Positions 1-11,600 of a stretch of DNA of 64,000 nt are shown piece by piece. The notes beneath the pieces are model-generated. The model searched no databases. It was not told the origin of the DNA and saw only the letters and a list, made by a program, of their open reading frames with translations. The DNA comes from Obrimoposthia wandeli (lineage: Eukaryota), in NCBI GenBank assembly GCA_977020255.1, contig CDROCS010001028.1, positions 186,001 through 250,000 on the forward strand. Reading direction: 5' to 3'. Made by a program: the position numbers and the translations under genes. How positions within the stretch are numbered: the first letter of the stretch is position 1; the number at the start of each line of letters is the position of its first letter.

Positions 1-118
1 ATAACTATAAAAGTGAGAAGCATTAAATGGCTAGTACCTGAGTAATATCAGAAGACTAGCCAACGAATTGTTAATGACGAATCATGCCGATAGACACCTG
101 TTCTTCATCAATGATTAA

Positions 119-847
119 TTATAGACACGGCTCACAAATAATCGCTAATTCAGACGGATCTCGAATGATGTAATCAGGTTTAATAGACCAGTGTTCTGGC
201 GCTGCGCCACTGTACGCAACCGCCACAGAAATAACGGTTAATTTTTCACCAAAGGCAGCTTGCAGATTACGAGCAAACTGCACATCCGCTTCATGATCGC
301 CGATATACATCACTGTTTTATTCTCTGAGCTATCAAATAATTGTTCTAAACAAATTAAACCACCATCTGCAGCAGGTTTTTGAGCATCGCCTAATACATC
401 GTCGTAACCGATGACTGATTTGAAAAAAGAATCAATTTTCGCCTCAGATAAAACATTACGTATATTCTTTGAAGAATTCTGCGAGCAAATACCATGCGGA
501 ATAGAAGATAAACGTCGCACCGTATCATCAATCCCCGAAAACAATTTAACTGGCGTGGTATTGCTTAACTGATGTTCAGCCCATAACGAACCCGCTACCT
601 GCATTTCTGATTCTGTCATGCCATAGTAATTTACATAAAGTTCTTGCCAGTTTTTAGCTGCATGATTTGCATGATGATATGCCGCCTCACTGAGTAGGCA
701 TTTAGGCAGGTTATCACCAATTAATCGAGGCGCGACAATGGATAAAATACTTTTGGTAATCTCTATATTTTTAGGAACAGAGTTAACAATCGTTCCATCA
801 TAATCCCACAAAATAGCATCTAGCTTCATTATTACTCTCATATTCAT
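119..847 (-). CDS. HAD-superfamily hydrolase (phosphoglycolate phosphatase-like)
   Basis: Motif I DYDGT near the N-terminus, QKP lysine motif, YIGDHEAD motif IV. Confidence 0.9.
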   Translation of the reverse strand: MNMRVIMKLDAILWDYDGTIVNSVPKNIEITKSILSIVAPRLIGDNLPKCLLSEAAYHHANHAAKNWQELYVNYYGMTESEMQVAGSLWAEHQLSNTTPVKLFSGIDDTVRRLSSIPHGICSQNSSKNIRNVLSEAKIDSFFKSVIGYDDVLGDAQKPAADGGLICLEQLFDSSENKTVMYIGDHEADVQFARNLQAAFGEKLTVISVAVAYSGAAPEHWSIKPDYIIRDPSELAIICEPCL

Positions 848-946
848 TTATTGGTAACAGCTAAAAATATATCTGATTCATTCACTAGAATCATATTTAA
901 AACGTCTACACACAGAAACGATGAGTTGATTATTTTTCGGCAGGAT

Positions 947-2521
947 TTATCCTATTGTTACCTGCATATTAACCCCAACGTCTCTGACAAAATCTTTATC
1001 ATGACTGACTAAAATAAACCCTCCTTTAAAGGCTTTTAGTGCGGTTGCTAGCATCTGTTTTGAGTCGATATCTAAATGATTATCTGGTTCATCAAGCAGT
1101 AACAAAGGCGCATCATCAACGTGGCTCACCATGAGCATCGACAATTTCATTTTTTCGCCACCACTTAAATGTGCCACTTTGCGGTAGACGGAATCTCGCC
1201 TAAAACCAATGCCAGCTAATAAGATTCTAGCGTCGCTTTCAATAAGCCCTCGGCAATGTTGCATTAAGCTATCTAGCATCGAATCATCACGTTTTAATAA
1301 GCCAAAGTTTTGATCCAAATACACCGTGTTTACATACTGTTTAATCACCCCTGAATAGCTTGTGTGCTGCTGTTGAATCGCTTTTAATAACGTGGATTTT
1401 CCACATCCATTCGCACCATCGAGATAGCATCGATCCGTCTGAGATAAAGAAAAAGAGAACAGGTTTCCTAAGCCATAATCCAATCGACAGCTTTGGACGT
1501 CTAACAGCTTGCGTTTCTTTACTTGCTCAGATTGCTGTAAATACAACGCTTGGGGTTTCAATGCCTCTTTATGTACTTCTAAGCTTTGCAGTTTGTCTTG
1601 ATTACGGTCTACTTGATTTTGCTGATTGGTTACCTGTGCCGATTGACTGCGTCCCGCTTTGTCTTTCATCGCGTCCATTAAAATTTTAGGCTGACTACCC
1701 GATTTTCTAAGGCGGTTGCCTTGGGCTTCACGTTGCTGTGCCTTTTCTTTGTTGGCTTGGGTTTGACGCTCTATCTTTTTTTGTTCCGATTTCAGTTGCG
1801 CGATTTTTCTGTCTAGTGCTGTTGATTGAATCGTCGCCTGCTCTTGATATACGTCGTAATTTCCGCTGAAAAACGTTAGCCCTAAGCCCGTTAGCTGATA
1901 AATAGCATCGACATGTTTTAGCAAGCTTCTATCATGGCTAACCAAGAGTATTTGCCCTTCGAATTGCTCTAATTGATTAATTAGCCAACGTTTACCCGCA
2001 GAATCTAAGTGATTAGACGGCTCATCAAGCAGTAAGATTTCAGCACCAGATTCAAACAATTTATACAACTGCAAAAGGGCTAATTGACCGCCGCTTAACG
2101 TATGGCAATACGCGTTCAGTTCCGATGCAATACGCAGTGTGCTTAACGTCTGCTGTATTCGAATGTCTATATCCCAATCGTCGCCGATTAGATCGAAATA
2201 TTCCTGCTTACAGCTTCCCTGTTCAATGGCTCGAAGTGCCAGTAATTTATCGGTAATCCCTAAGTAATCAGAGATACGAATATTGCCATCTAGCAAATCT
2301 GACGGTAATTGTGAGTAATAAGCCATTTTGCCTTGGCAAGTGACATTTCCCTGAGTTGGAGAAAGCTTACCGAGTAACAATGAGAGAAAAACAGATTTGC
2401 CTACCCCATTACGTCCCACTAATCCTGTAATACCATTAGGTAGGGTGAAATTGAGGTTGTGAAATAGCCACTCCCCGGTATCGAGTTGGAATGACAATTG
2501 ATGTGTGATTAATGCAGGCAT
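947..2521 (-). CDS. ABC-F family ribosome-associated ATPase (resistance-type subfamily suspected)
   Basis: Two ABC cassettes (GRNGVGKS/LSGGQ/LLLDEP and GANGCGKS/LSGGEK/LLLDEP), long charged helical linker, no TM segments. Confidence 0.9.
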   Translation of the reverse strand: MPALITHQLSFQLDTGEWLFHNLNFTLPNGITGLVGRNGVGKSVFLSLLLGKLSPTQGNVTCQGKMAYYSQLPSDLLDGNIRISDYLGITDKLLALRAIEQGSCKQEYFDLIGDDWDIDIRIQQTLSTLRIASELNAYCHTLSGGQLALLQLYKLFESGAEILLLDEPSNHLDSAGKRWLINQLEQFEGQILLVSHDRSLLKHVDAIYQLTGLGLTFFSGNYDVYQEQATIQSTALDRKIAQLKSEQKKIERQTQANKEKAQQREAQGNRLRKSGSQPKILMDAMKDKAGRSQSAQVTNQQNQVDRNQDKLQSLEVHKEALKPQALYLQQSEQVKKRKLLDVQSCRLDYGLGNLFSFSLSQTDRCYLDGANGCGKSTLLKAIQQQHTSYSGVIKQYVNTVYLDQNFGLLKRDDSMLDSLMQHCRGLIESDARILLAGIGFRRDSVYRKVAHLSGGEKMKLSMLMVSHVDDAPLLLLDEPDNHLDIDSKQMLATALKAFKGGFILVSHDKDFVRDVGVNMQVTIG

Positions 2522-2524
2522 AAT

Positions 2525-2735
2525 AATACCTCCCCTTACGAATAGAATGTAAAAGGGGTCGTGTCTTTCTACATAGATAGAATGACTAAGCCGTTACTTA
2601 GGTATGATTGCCGCAAGAAGATGCAATGATATAAATGTGCCGTGACAAAGTAACGCCCACTAACCCCGAGAGTCCAAATAATGAATAGTTCATTGGATGT
2701 CGGTCAGTTAGTTGTACATTATGGCGTTAGCTCCG
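2525..2735 (-). promoter_or_regulatory. Putative translational-attenuation leader of the ABC-F gene
   Basis: Minus strand: GGAG followed by uORF MYN* (2708-2719), a 31-aa uORF (2598-2693), and CCCCTT able to pair with AAGGGG overlapping the AAGGGGAGGT SD. Confidence 0.5.
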
Positions 2736-2934
2736 ATAGATATGATGGTGGAATTATAATCAAGGCTATGGTTACTTTTCAAGTTCCTTGATCACAATCT
2801 TGAGCACAATCCCAATAACAGGTGAGTCACCATAAAATCAATTGTTCGTAAGGTATAATTACAATACAAACAAGGGCGGTCATTGAACAGTGGCGTGGTC
2901 TTTTTAAACAATACCCCATTAATAAAGGCATTTT

Positions 2935-3600
2935 ATGATTGTAATTACAGGCGCAAGTAGCGGTTTAGGTGCTGCATTAGCACACTTATATAGCACTGAA
3001 GGAAAACCATTACTAATCACAGGGCGAAATATACAACGCCTTGAGAGCGTTGCAGCCAATATGCCAAAAAAAGTACAGGTTAAACAAGCCGACCTCGGTA
3101 AAGTCACAGACGTCGAAGCACTATTAGATTCTTTAGAATGCGCACCAGATACTGTTATTCATTGTGCTGGCAGTGGTTATTTTGGACCTATCGAACAGCA
3201 AGATCCTCAAGCAATCAGCCAGTTAATTCAAAACAACGTGACCTCAACGATTTTCTTATTACGCGAATTAGTGAAGCGTTACCGTAATCATAAAGTCAAT
3301 GTAGTCGTTGTGATGTCGACAGCAGCACAAGCTGCTAAGGCTGAAGAATCAACCTATTGTGCTGCAAAATGGGCGGTACGTGGGTTAGTGGAATCTGTGC
3401 GACTGGAACTGAAAGGCTACCCAATGAATCTTATCGCGGTTTACCCAGGCGGCATGGCAACTGACTTCTGGAAAACGAGTGGTAAAAAATTCGATACCTC
3501 TTCGTTTATGACAGCAGAAGAAGCCGCACACATGCTGAAACGGGCACTAGTGGGCACTGAACACGGCTTTGTTTCAGATATTACGATTAATCGCCATTAA
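2935..3600 (+). CDS. Short-chain dehydrogenase/reductase (SDR)
   Basis: TGASSGLG nucleotide-binding motif, YCAAK catalytic motif, YPGGMAT. Confidence 0.92.
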   Translation: MIVITGASSGLGAALAHLYSTEGKPLLITGRNIQRLESVAANMPKKVQVKQADLGKVTDVEALLDSLECAPDTVIHCAGSGYFGPIEQQDPQAISQLIQNNVTSTIFLLRELVKRYRNHKVNVVVVMSTAAQAAKAEESTYCAAKWAVRGLVESVRLELKGYPMNLIAVYPGGMATDFWKTSGKKFDTSSFMTAEEAAHMLKRALVGTEHGFVSDITINRH

Positions 3601-3611
3601 CCTAAAAATAA

Positions 3612-3642
3612 AAGAGGCTATTGCAATGAGCAACAGCCTCTT
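3612..3642. terminator. Hairpin between convergent SDR and xdh genes
   Basis: AAGAGGCT...AGCCTCTT inverted repeat. Confidence 0.65.
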
Positions 3643-3686
3643 GAAGATAAAACAGACGATAAATGAACAAACAGTTAGTTCATTAC

Positions 3687-4568
3687 TTAGGCAAGTTGAG
3701 TTAACCAGCGCTCTAATAAATTCAATGACGCCCTGTGTCGATATTGCGCCGTCGAACGTTGATCATCTATAGGGATAATTATTTTACTGTAGCAACTCAA
3801 TATATTGTCAATAAATAGCGGTTCACGTAGCATCTCAATCGGCTGACCAATAATTTTCTGCTCTAAAACAGTGCTGCGCACAACGGTTGGACCCACAGCC
3901 CCAAACGCGACTCGCCAATCGACCACTTTACCTTGCTCAACTTTTGCTAACCCTGCAACCGACAGTTTAGTTAAAGCATTCGCCGCCCGTGTGCCTACTT
4001 TGTGATAGAAAGTAACGGGAAGATTAGCCTGAGGAATAACCACGTGGGTCAGTATTTCTCCTTGCTGTAAGCACGTTCTGCCAGGGCCGGTAATAAAGTT
4101 GGCTATCGGCATTTCACGTTGACCATGAATCGACGATAGAACAAGCTTCGCATCGAGCAAATACAAAGCGGGTAGCGAATCAGCAGCGGGTGACGCATTA
4201 CAAATATTACCCGCCATTGTGGCGCGGTTACGCAATGCTGGCGCAGCAATATTAGCGACACTTTGACGAAGTACATCTGGCACTAGCGGATTAATTTCAA
4301 TATCGTGCAAGCTAACACCAGCGCCAATACATAGACCAAACTGACATAAACCAGACTGTAAATCAGATTCTAATTCAATCTGCGTTATATGCTGTAGCTC
4401 TTCAATTGCATCAAGAAAAACCACATCATGCTTAAAGTTAGGGGTTATTCCCGGTCGCACGCTGTGCCTTACCATTAAATCGGTGCCACCTGAAAATAAG
4501 GTATGCTCACCCACGGCTAACTTGTCTAATGCTTGTTCTAAAGTGTCTGGACGATATACCGTTACCAT
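3687..4568 (-). CDS. Xanthine dehydrogenase-family FAD-binding subunit
   Basis: SGGTDL, RNRATMAGNICNASPAAD, DDQRSTAQYR motifs. Confidence 0.92.
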   Translation of the reverse strand: MVTVYRPDTLEQALDKLAVGEHTLFSGGTDLMVRHSVRPGITPNFKHDVVFLDAIEELQHITQIELESDLQSGLCQFGLCIGAGVSLHDIEINPLVPDVLRQSVANIAAPALRNRATMAGNICNASPAADSLPALYLLDAKLVLSSIHGQREMPIANFITGPGRTCLQQGEILTHVVIPQANLPVTFYHKVGTRAANALTKLSVAGLAKVEQGKVVDWRVAFGAVGPTVVRSTVLEQKIIGQPIEMLREPLFIDNILSCYSKIIIPIDDQRSTAQYRHRASLNLLERWLTQLA

Positions 4569-5065
4569 AACCCTTCCCCTTTAGTGGCCGCAATATTCGC
4601 CGCGTCGATAATCATTCCGTAACCCGTACAACGGCAGAGGTTACCTGAAATCGCGGTACGAATTTCTTTTTCAGTTGGGTGCTGTTTCGGATCGCTGCGA
4701 CCATTTAATAATACATACAACGCTAAGACCATTCCCGGTGTACAAAACCCACATTGCACCCCTTTTGCTTCTAATAGCGCATCAATCACGCACTGACCTT
4801 TAGCGGTTTGCCTTAAGCCTTCGAGCGTTATGATATTTGCGCCTTCCGCTTGCGCAATAGGCATCATGCAAGCGTTAACTAGTTGTCCATTAAATATAAC
4901 AGAACACGCCCCACACTCACCTTCACCACAACCTTCTTTCGTTGCTGTCTTTTTCAGGTTACCGCGTAATGTATTCAATAATGATTGCATCGGATCTGCA
5001 TCCACGGAGACACATTCATTATTAAGGAAAAATTCAATTTTCATCTTGTTCTCCTTGATATTCAT
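4562..5065 (-). CDS. Xanthine dehydrogenase-family 2x[2Fe-2S] subunit (alternative start 5044)
   Basis: KEGCGEGECGAC, QCGFCTPG, GNLCRCTGY. Confidence 0.95.
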   Translation of the reverse strand: MNIKENKMKIEFFLNNECVSVDADPMQSLLNTLRGNLKKTATKEGCGEGECGACSVIFNGQLVNACMMPIAQAEGANIITLEGLRQTAKGQCVIDALLEAKGVQCGFCTPGMVLALYVLLNGRSDPKQHPTEKEIRTAISGNLCRCTGYGMIIDAANIAATKGEGLW

Positions 5066-7248
5066 ACTGAGCTCCCTGATTCATTCGTTTCTATAACAAC
5101 AGTCTTAACAACCGCCGTATTTTCTGCATATAACGCTTCGCATACTTTTTCGGGCGTAACTGGAATAGATGAAAATGGTTTACCAATCGCTAACTCAACG
5201 GCAGCGGCAAATGCAGCGGCTCCGCCATTATGAGTGAGTTCACCGCCCCCTTTGGCACCATTAGGGCCATATGGGTACGGGTTATCCACTAAATCACTTT
5301 CAATCGAAGGCACATCCAGTGCGGTTGGAATCACATAATCAGCCATGGTTTTCTGAGCAAACACACCATCGCTAGTTAACTCCATTTTTTCACAACTACC
5401 GTAACCCAGAGCTTGTACTAACCCGCCATCAATTTGGCCTTTAAATACCAGAGCATCAATCGCGCGTCCAATATCGTACACCGCCCATGCACCCGTTATT
5501 TTTGTTTCACCTGTCGCCATATCGACATCAACTTCCACAACATTCACGCCATAACTGGTTACTTGGTAAGCATTGCCTTTATACGTATTTTGATCCCATA
5601 CGTGATAGTCAGGCTTACGATACACTTCTTCTAACTCTTGATGTTCGCCCTCTACCCAGCAAGATTTCAGCTTTTCTGCTGCTTTTTCGAGTAAATAGCC
5701 GACAATAACGATAGATCGCGAAGCAACAGTAGGGCCGGAATCAGGTACAACGCCAGTATCAGGTGTCGCTAAATGCACCGATTCAAGCGGTTTGCAGAGG
5801 CTATCTGCCACAATTTTACAGAAAGTTAAGCTTAACCCCTGACCCATATCAGTGTTCGATGCCAAAATAGTCACATTGCCATCAGGTTCTTTCACCAAAC
5901 GAACTTTAGCGCGTACTAAGGTATCTTCTAGATCACCCGCAAAGCCACAACCATGCTGGAAAATAGCCATACCAATCCCTTTACGGGTTGCTGTATTCGG
6001 CGCTTGATCCAAGTAGGATCGTGTTTTTTGATAATAATCAGATAAGTCAGTAATACGAGTCATCATTTGATCAAGCACCAGATCACCAAAGATCTTCGCG
6101 CCCGTTAATGTGGTCGAATCTGATTGTAAAAAATGACGTTGCTTAAAGGCTGCAGGATCTTGCCCCAATTGCTTTGCAACGTGATTAAGGTGGGTTTCGA
6201 TGCAGAAACAAGTCTGCGGTGAGCCAAATCCACGGAATGCACCTGTCGGCACAGTATTGGTTGCCCAAGCATGCCCTTCGATACGTACATTAGGAATATC
6301 GTACACATTGGTGACAGTTGTGATCGAACGCTGAAGCACAATGCCAGAAAGGCTAAGGTAAGCACCGGAATTCACATCGAATGTCACATCCATCGCGACA
6401 ATGTTTCCATGCTTATCAATACCTGTACGGTAGTGAAATGCGGCAGGGTGTCGCTTGGAGGTAAACGCAATATCTTCACTGCGTTCTAATACAATTCGAA
6501 TCGGTTGTTGCAACTTTTCTACCGCAACAGCTAAAGGACCGGCGAGTACATCAGGGTAATCTTCCTTACCACCAAAGCCGCCCCCTGTTGGGCATTGAAT
6601 GGCACGCACATGATCATGGCCAAGCACGACAGCCATACAGTGATGCACATACCACGGGCATTGCATCGAACCTTCTATAACTACTTTGCCATCTTGTGGG
6701 TAACCAACAACACCTTGGGTTTCTAAGTAAATATGTTCTTGGTAACCCGTACTGCATGTTTCTTCAATAATAGTAACTGCTTGTGCAAAGCCCTCGTCGA
6801 TATCACCTTTTGTCAACGCATGGGTATCAAATACATTGTCTGTTGAATGAATGGCGCCATCGATAAGTGCTTTTGATTGTTCAATGGTATAAGCAGGTGT
6901 CAGCGACGAATATTCTACGCTTATTTGTTTCAGTAATTGTTCGATAACATCAGGGACAGGACCAACTAATAGAAAAATCACTTGCCCAATATAACGTACT
7001 TCTTTTTCCGCGAATGCTGGCCAATCGATTTCAACGATCGGCAATACATTGTGTCCCGGAACATCTTTAGCACCAAACAAATGGTAGCCTTCAGGTAATT
7101 CCGGTACATGAACCGCTGTAATTACGCCTCTAGAACAAGAAGAGCGGAAAAACCGCCCTTCCAATAGTCCTTCGTAATGGCGGTCGGCAATATACTTCGC
7201 TTCTCCAGTGGCTTCTGCCAGCTTGAATCTAGTATTAACCGTATCCAT
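5062..7248 (-). CDS. Xanthine dehydrogenase-family molybdopterin-binding subunit
   Basis: GGGFGGK, AFRGFGSPQ, DMGQG, ASRS, KGGGE catalytic Glu motif. Confidence 0.93.
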   Translation of the reverse strand: MDTVNTRFKLAEATGEAKYIADRHYEGLLEGRFFRSSCSRGVITAVHVPELPEGYHLFGAKDVPGHNVLPIVEIDWPAFAEKEVRYIGQVIFLLVGPVPDVIEQLLKQISVEYSSLTPAYTIEQSKALIDGAIHSTDNVFDTHALTKGDIDEGFAQAVTIIEETCSTGYQEHIYLETQGVVGYPQDGKVVIEGSMQCPWYVHHCMAVVLGHDHVRAIQCPTGGGFGGKEDYPDVLAGPLAVAVEKLQQPIRIVLERSEDIAFTSKRHPAAFHYRTGIDKHGNIVAMDVTFDVNSGAYLSLSGIVLQRSITTVTNVYDIPNVRIEGHAWATNTVPTGAFRGFGSPQTCFCIETHLNHVAKQLGQDPAAFKQRHFLQSDSTTLTGAKIFGDLVLDQMMTRITDLSDYYQKTRSYLDQAPNTATRKGIGMAIFQHGCGFAGDLEDTLVRAKVRLVKEPDGNVTILASNTDMGQGLSLTFCKIVADSLCKPLESVHLATPDTGVVPDSGPTVASRSIVIVGYLLEKAAEKLKSCWVEGEHQELEEVYRKPDYHVWDQNTYKGNAYQVTSYGVNVVEVDVDMATGETKITGAWAVYDIGRAIDALVFKGQIDGGLVQALGYGSCEKMELTSDGVFAQKTMADYVIPTALDVPSIESDLVDNPYPYGPNGAKGGGELTHNGGAAAFAAAVELAIGKPFSSIPVTPEKVCEALYAENTAVVKTVVIETNESGSSV

Positions 7249-7262
7249 AACGGGATCTCACA

Positions 7263-8591
7263 TTAGTCTAATTGATCCATGGTTTTCCATAAACGCTGTG
7301 CCACTTTGCTGGCTTCTGCATAAATGGGCGCGATATCAAACGGGAATGCACGATCTTCGTATACGAAGCGCCCTTCCACTATCACACTATTCACGTTACC
7401 CGCATTCATACCAAAAGCGACATGACCTGCAAGGTTATCAGCAACAAATGGCGTTGGGCTGGTGTAATCCAGGATTGTTAAATCAGCCTTATTGCCTGCT
7501 TCAAGTCGACCGAACTTAGCACCAAAGTTACGGGCTAAAATCTCGTTACCATTCCAGAGGTTTTTCATGAAACTATCTGGCCATAACGGACCACCAGCAT
7601 CACGGTGTTTAAAGAACGAGAACTTCAATTCTTCAAGCATATCCGCCCCTATTCCATCGGTGCCTAAAGCGACATTTTTGAAACGGGTAAGCTTGCTGTT
7701 ATAGCCCACATTATTGTTCATGTTTGAACGTGCGTTATGCACTAAGAAACCATCTTTCGCATTTAGAATATCGATATCACGATCAGATAAGAACAAGCCG
7801 TGTGCTAGCAAGGTTTTCTCGTTAATCAGCCCGAAGCTATCTAAACGCTCGACAATATCTTGACCATAATGATGGTGGCTGTGCGTGACGTCGTAGCGAT
7901 CTTCTGCCACATGCACATGAATACCACGCCCTGTTGCTTGTACAGCTTCGGCCATCATGGCTAAGCCGTCGTTAGTTACCGTAAACGGTGCATGAGCACC
8001 AATATGGGCTTCAACTAAATACGGTTCGGTGCCTTCTTCTTTTGCACGATCAATCAGCTGAGCAAAGGCGATATTTTCTTCGACACCCGCCATCATTTCT
8101 TTCATGCCGCCATTACGATCTGTGGTCTCAAAACATGTCATACCGCGAAGACCTGCTTTGATGAAACCTTTACGCATCGTACTGAGTGAACCACCAATGT
8201 AATTCGGTGAAGCATGGTGATCGATAACCGATGTACAGCCACTTTTAATTGCTTCTAGCGAACAAATTAAACCGCTGTAATACACCGCTTCTTCATCTAA
8301 GGCGCGATCCATACGCCACCATAGATTCTTCAAAATCGAAATAAAATCAGGGCTTGGTTGAATATCAGCCATTACGCCACGGGCTAACCCTGAGTAGAAA
8401 TGGTTGTGTGAACACACCAGACCTGGCATAACGAGCTTGCCATGCATCTCTTTTACGATGGCATCTGGGTATTTCACTGAAAGATTAGCGCCAACTTCTT
8501 TAATTGTGCTGCCATCAATCGCAATATCGACCCCTTCTTTAATAAATGCAGGTTCAAATTGCACAGCAGTTGCGTTTTTAAGTAATAACAT
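7263..8591 (-). CDS. ssnA: Metal-dependent aminohydrolase SsnA
   Basis: CSHNHFYSGLARG, DHHASP, GTDGIG; follows ygfK as in enterobacteria. Confidence 0.93.
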   Translation of the reverse strand: MLLLKNATAVQFEPAFIKEGVDIAIDGSTIKEVGANLSVKYPDAIVKEMHGKLVMPGLVCSHNHFYSGLARGVMADIQPSPDFISILKNLWWRMDRALDEEAVYYSGLICSLEAIKSGCTSVIDHHASPNYIGGSLSTMRKGFIKAGLRGMTCFETTDRNGGMKEMMAGVEENIAFAQLIDRAKEEGTEPYLVEAHIGAHAPFTVTNDGLAMMAEAVQATGRGIHVHVAEDRYDVTHSHHHYGQDIVERLDSFGLINEKTLLAHGLFLSDRDIDILNAKDGFLVHNARSNMNNNVGYNSKLTRFKNVALGTDGIGADMLEELKFSFFKHRDAGGPLWPDSFMKNLWNGNEILARNFGAKFGRLEAGNKADLTILDYTSPTPFVADNLAGHVAFGMNAGNVNSVIVEGRFVYEDRAFPFDIAPIYAEASKVAQRLWKTMDQLD

Positions 8592-8606
8592 TCCCTAACT
8601 CCTTAC

Positions 8607-11600
8607 CTATACGTCCACTTTGCCAAGTAGGTAGCTATGATGTGCATGCACGTAGCTAATAATGGTTGCTTCATCGGCTAACGACTCTGGCATATCGAGT
8701 TGACTTTGCTCATTGATGCTGAAGGTGTAAATTTCCCCTTCAGAACGTACTAGCACTTCAGTTCCTTCGATATAGAAGCCTGCATTTGTGCTATTAGTAA
8801 AATCATCACGTAGATTAAACAGAGTGAATTTATCTTTGTACGGTTTGCTATCCCATGGGCAGAACTGGGCACAGTTACCACATTCATTACAGTAAGCATC
8901 GAGGTGCACTATTTGGAACTGATCACGGAAACCCGGAATAGGTAGAGAAATGTTTGCACGGTTAGGACATACGTCGACACACTTGCTACAAACATACGAG
9001 CACTCTAAACAGCGCTGTGATTCTTGTTGGATAAACGCTTCATGGTCATCAATTTCAAGCGTGTTAGCTTCAATTAGTTTGACCTGAATTTCCCCTTTAC
9101 GGGCATAAATATCGTCTACTTGCACATCTAATTTCGCGACAATTAACTCATCATTTTGAGCTTCTCGCGCAAGAATAGTTGTTGCTGCTTTACGTCCACC
9201 AGAAATGGCAGAAACAATGGATGACGGGCCTGTACTCGCATCGCCCATTAGGAATACATTCTCGACACTGGTTTCACCTGTTTCACTATTCACGACAGGC
9301 CAACCATCTTCGCCCATCGGAATACCAATACGGGTAAGTGCATCGCGATTGCTTTGCTCACCAACAGCGGTAATAAGCGCATCTACATGCAGCTCAACCG
9401 TTTCATCGGTTGCAACCGGACGACGACGCCCTTTTTCATCAGGCTCACCCAATTTCATAACGCGGGCAACTACCGTACCGTCAGCATTAAACTCTTCTGG
9501 GTTAGTCAAGAACATGAACTTCACACCATCTTCAACGGCTTCTTCATATTCTTCTTTATAAGCAGGCATTTCAGCCAATGTACGACGGTACAATACCGTC
9601 ACTGTTTCAACGCCATCGACTTGCAATGCCGCTCTTGCACTGTCCATTGCAGTATTACCTGCGCCAACAACAGCAACATGCTTACCCAATGTGTGCATTG
9701 CTGCGTGTTCAGGGCTAGCCGTAAACTCGCCATCATTAAAACTACGTAAGAACTCTAACGACTTGAACACATTGGTGTTATCACCCGTTAGCGACATAGG
9801 GTTGCCTTTATCTGCCCCTATACCCAAACATACATATTTAAAGCCACTCGATTTCAGTGTTTCCACCGTCAAATGCGGATTACAACCGTATTCGATATTC
9901 ACACCATGATCTTGCACAAAGTCGATATCGTGTTGAATCACTTCGGCAGGAATACGGAATTGAGGAATGATATTTTTAACCACACCGCCAGCATTATGTT
10001 CTTTCTCAAAAATCGTTACAGGGTGACCCGCACGCGCCATAAAGTAAGCCGCAGATAAACCAGAAGGACCCGCACCAATCACCGCAATCGGGTGTTTTTC
10101 ATTGTCTAGATCCGGAGCATGCCATTTGGCTTTATAGCCTTCCCAGCCTTTTGCAAGGGCAACCTTTTTCATTTCACGAATGTTCAATGCACCTTCGTAA
10201 TCACGACGGGTACAGTTGTACTGGCACTGGTGATCACAAATATGCCCAGTAATTGCAGGCAGCGCATTACGTGAATAAATCACTTCCAGAGCTTCGGTAT
10301 ACTGGCTTAAACCCATCAAACGAATATATTCAGGAATGTCTTGGCTAATAGGACATGCCGTTACACAAGGCGCAACGAAACAGTCGGTTAATGGCAGTGC
10401 TTTTTTTACACTGATTTCTTCTGGTCCACGCCATTCTTTTTGCGTGTATTCAGCCACTAATGATTTAGCCGCTAAAGCTTCCAGTTTCACCAAGTCAACT
10501 TTACCCATGCCCCATTCGCTGCTTGTTTCCAGCTCTTTGGCACAATCGGCTAAACGTAAATAACCACCAGGCTTCAACAGATCGGTTGCCATAGTGATAG
10601 GACGAATACCCGTTTCAAAAATCTCTTTGATATTGAATTTACTTGCGCCGCCAGAATATGAAATAGGCAACGTACCATTAAATTCACGCGACAATTCAAG
10701 CGCGACATTAATAGACAATGGGAACAAAGCACGGCCCGACATGTACATTTCTTTGTCTGGCAAGCGGCCTTTTTTGTTTAACGTGCCTAAGGTATTGGTT
10801 AATTTAACGCCAAAGCCAATGCCTGTTTCTTTGCCTAACGCGACCAAACGGTGAAGCATGGCTTTCGCTGGCTCAATTTGTAAATCGTGACTAAACGCTT
10901 CTTCACTTAAAGAAATATAATCAAAACCAGCGTTATCCATAATGCTACGAACACGGGTGTAACCGAGCAACGTTGGATTTAATTTTACGAAAGTATTGAT
11001 ATGTTTATCGGCAATCATATAACGACAAATTGCTTCGATTTCATTCGGTGGACAACCGTGCATGGTAGATAACGTAACGCCACGTGTTAGCTGAGTCGAA
11101 ACGCTAGCAGGTAAGTTCTCTAAGCGTGTAAGACGCTGCTCAAAACCGTAGGTTTTAATAAATGCAGGATCGTTAATGAAGGTTGTTAACTCTGCAATGT
11201 ATGCATGGAAGTTTTCATGTTGGCTAGAATCGACCATATCGTCGATATATTTCTGCATTGGGGCAGTTTCAATACCGGCCAAGTCATAACCGACGCTCAT
11301 ATTGAAAACAAATGACTTATCTTCCCCTTCTGTACGAGGGTCGAATACTTCTTCAAGTAGGTGCAGTGCAATCCACGCTTTTAAGTATTCATCGTACGCT
11401 TTTACCAAGGTGAACTCGGTAGACCATTCTGTATTGAAGCACTCATCTTCTGCATCAATACACGGTTTGGCTATTTCTAACTGATCCAATTTCTGGACAG
11501 TTTTAAGCTCCATGAAACGTCCGCCCGCTAGCCACGAACAAATAATGTTTTGTGCCAGCTGAGTGTGTGGACCGGCTGCTGGCCCTACGGGTGTTTCACA

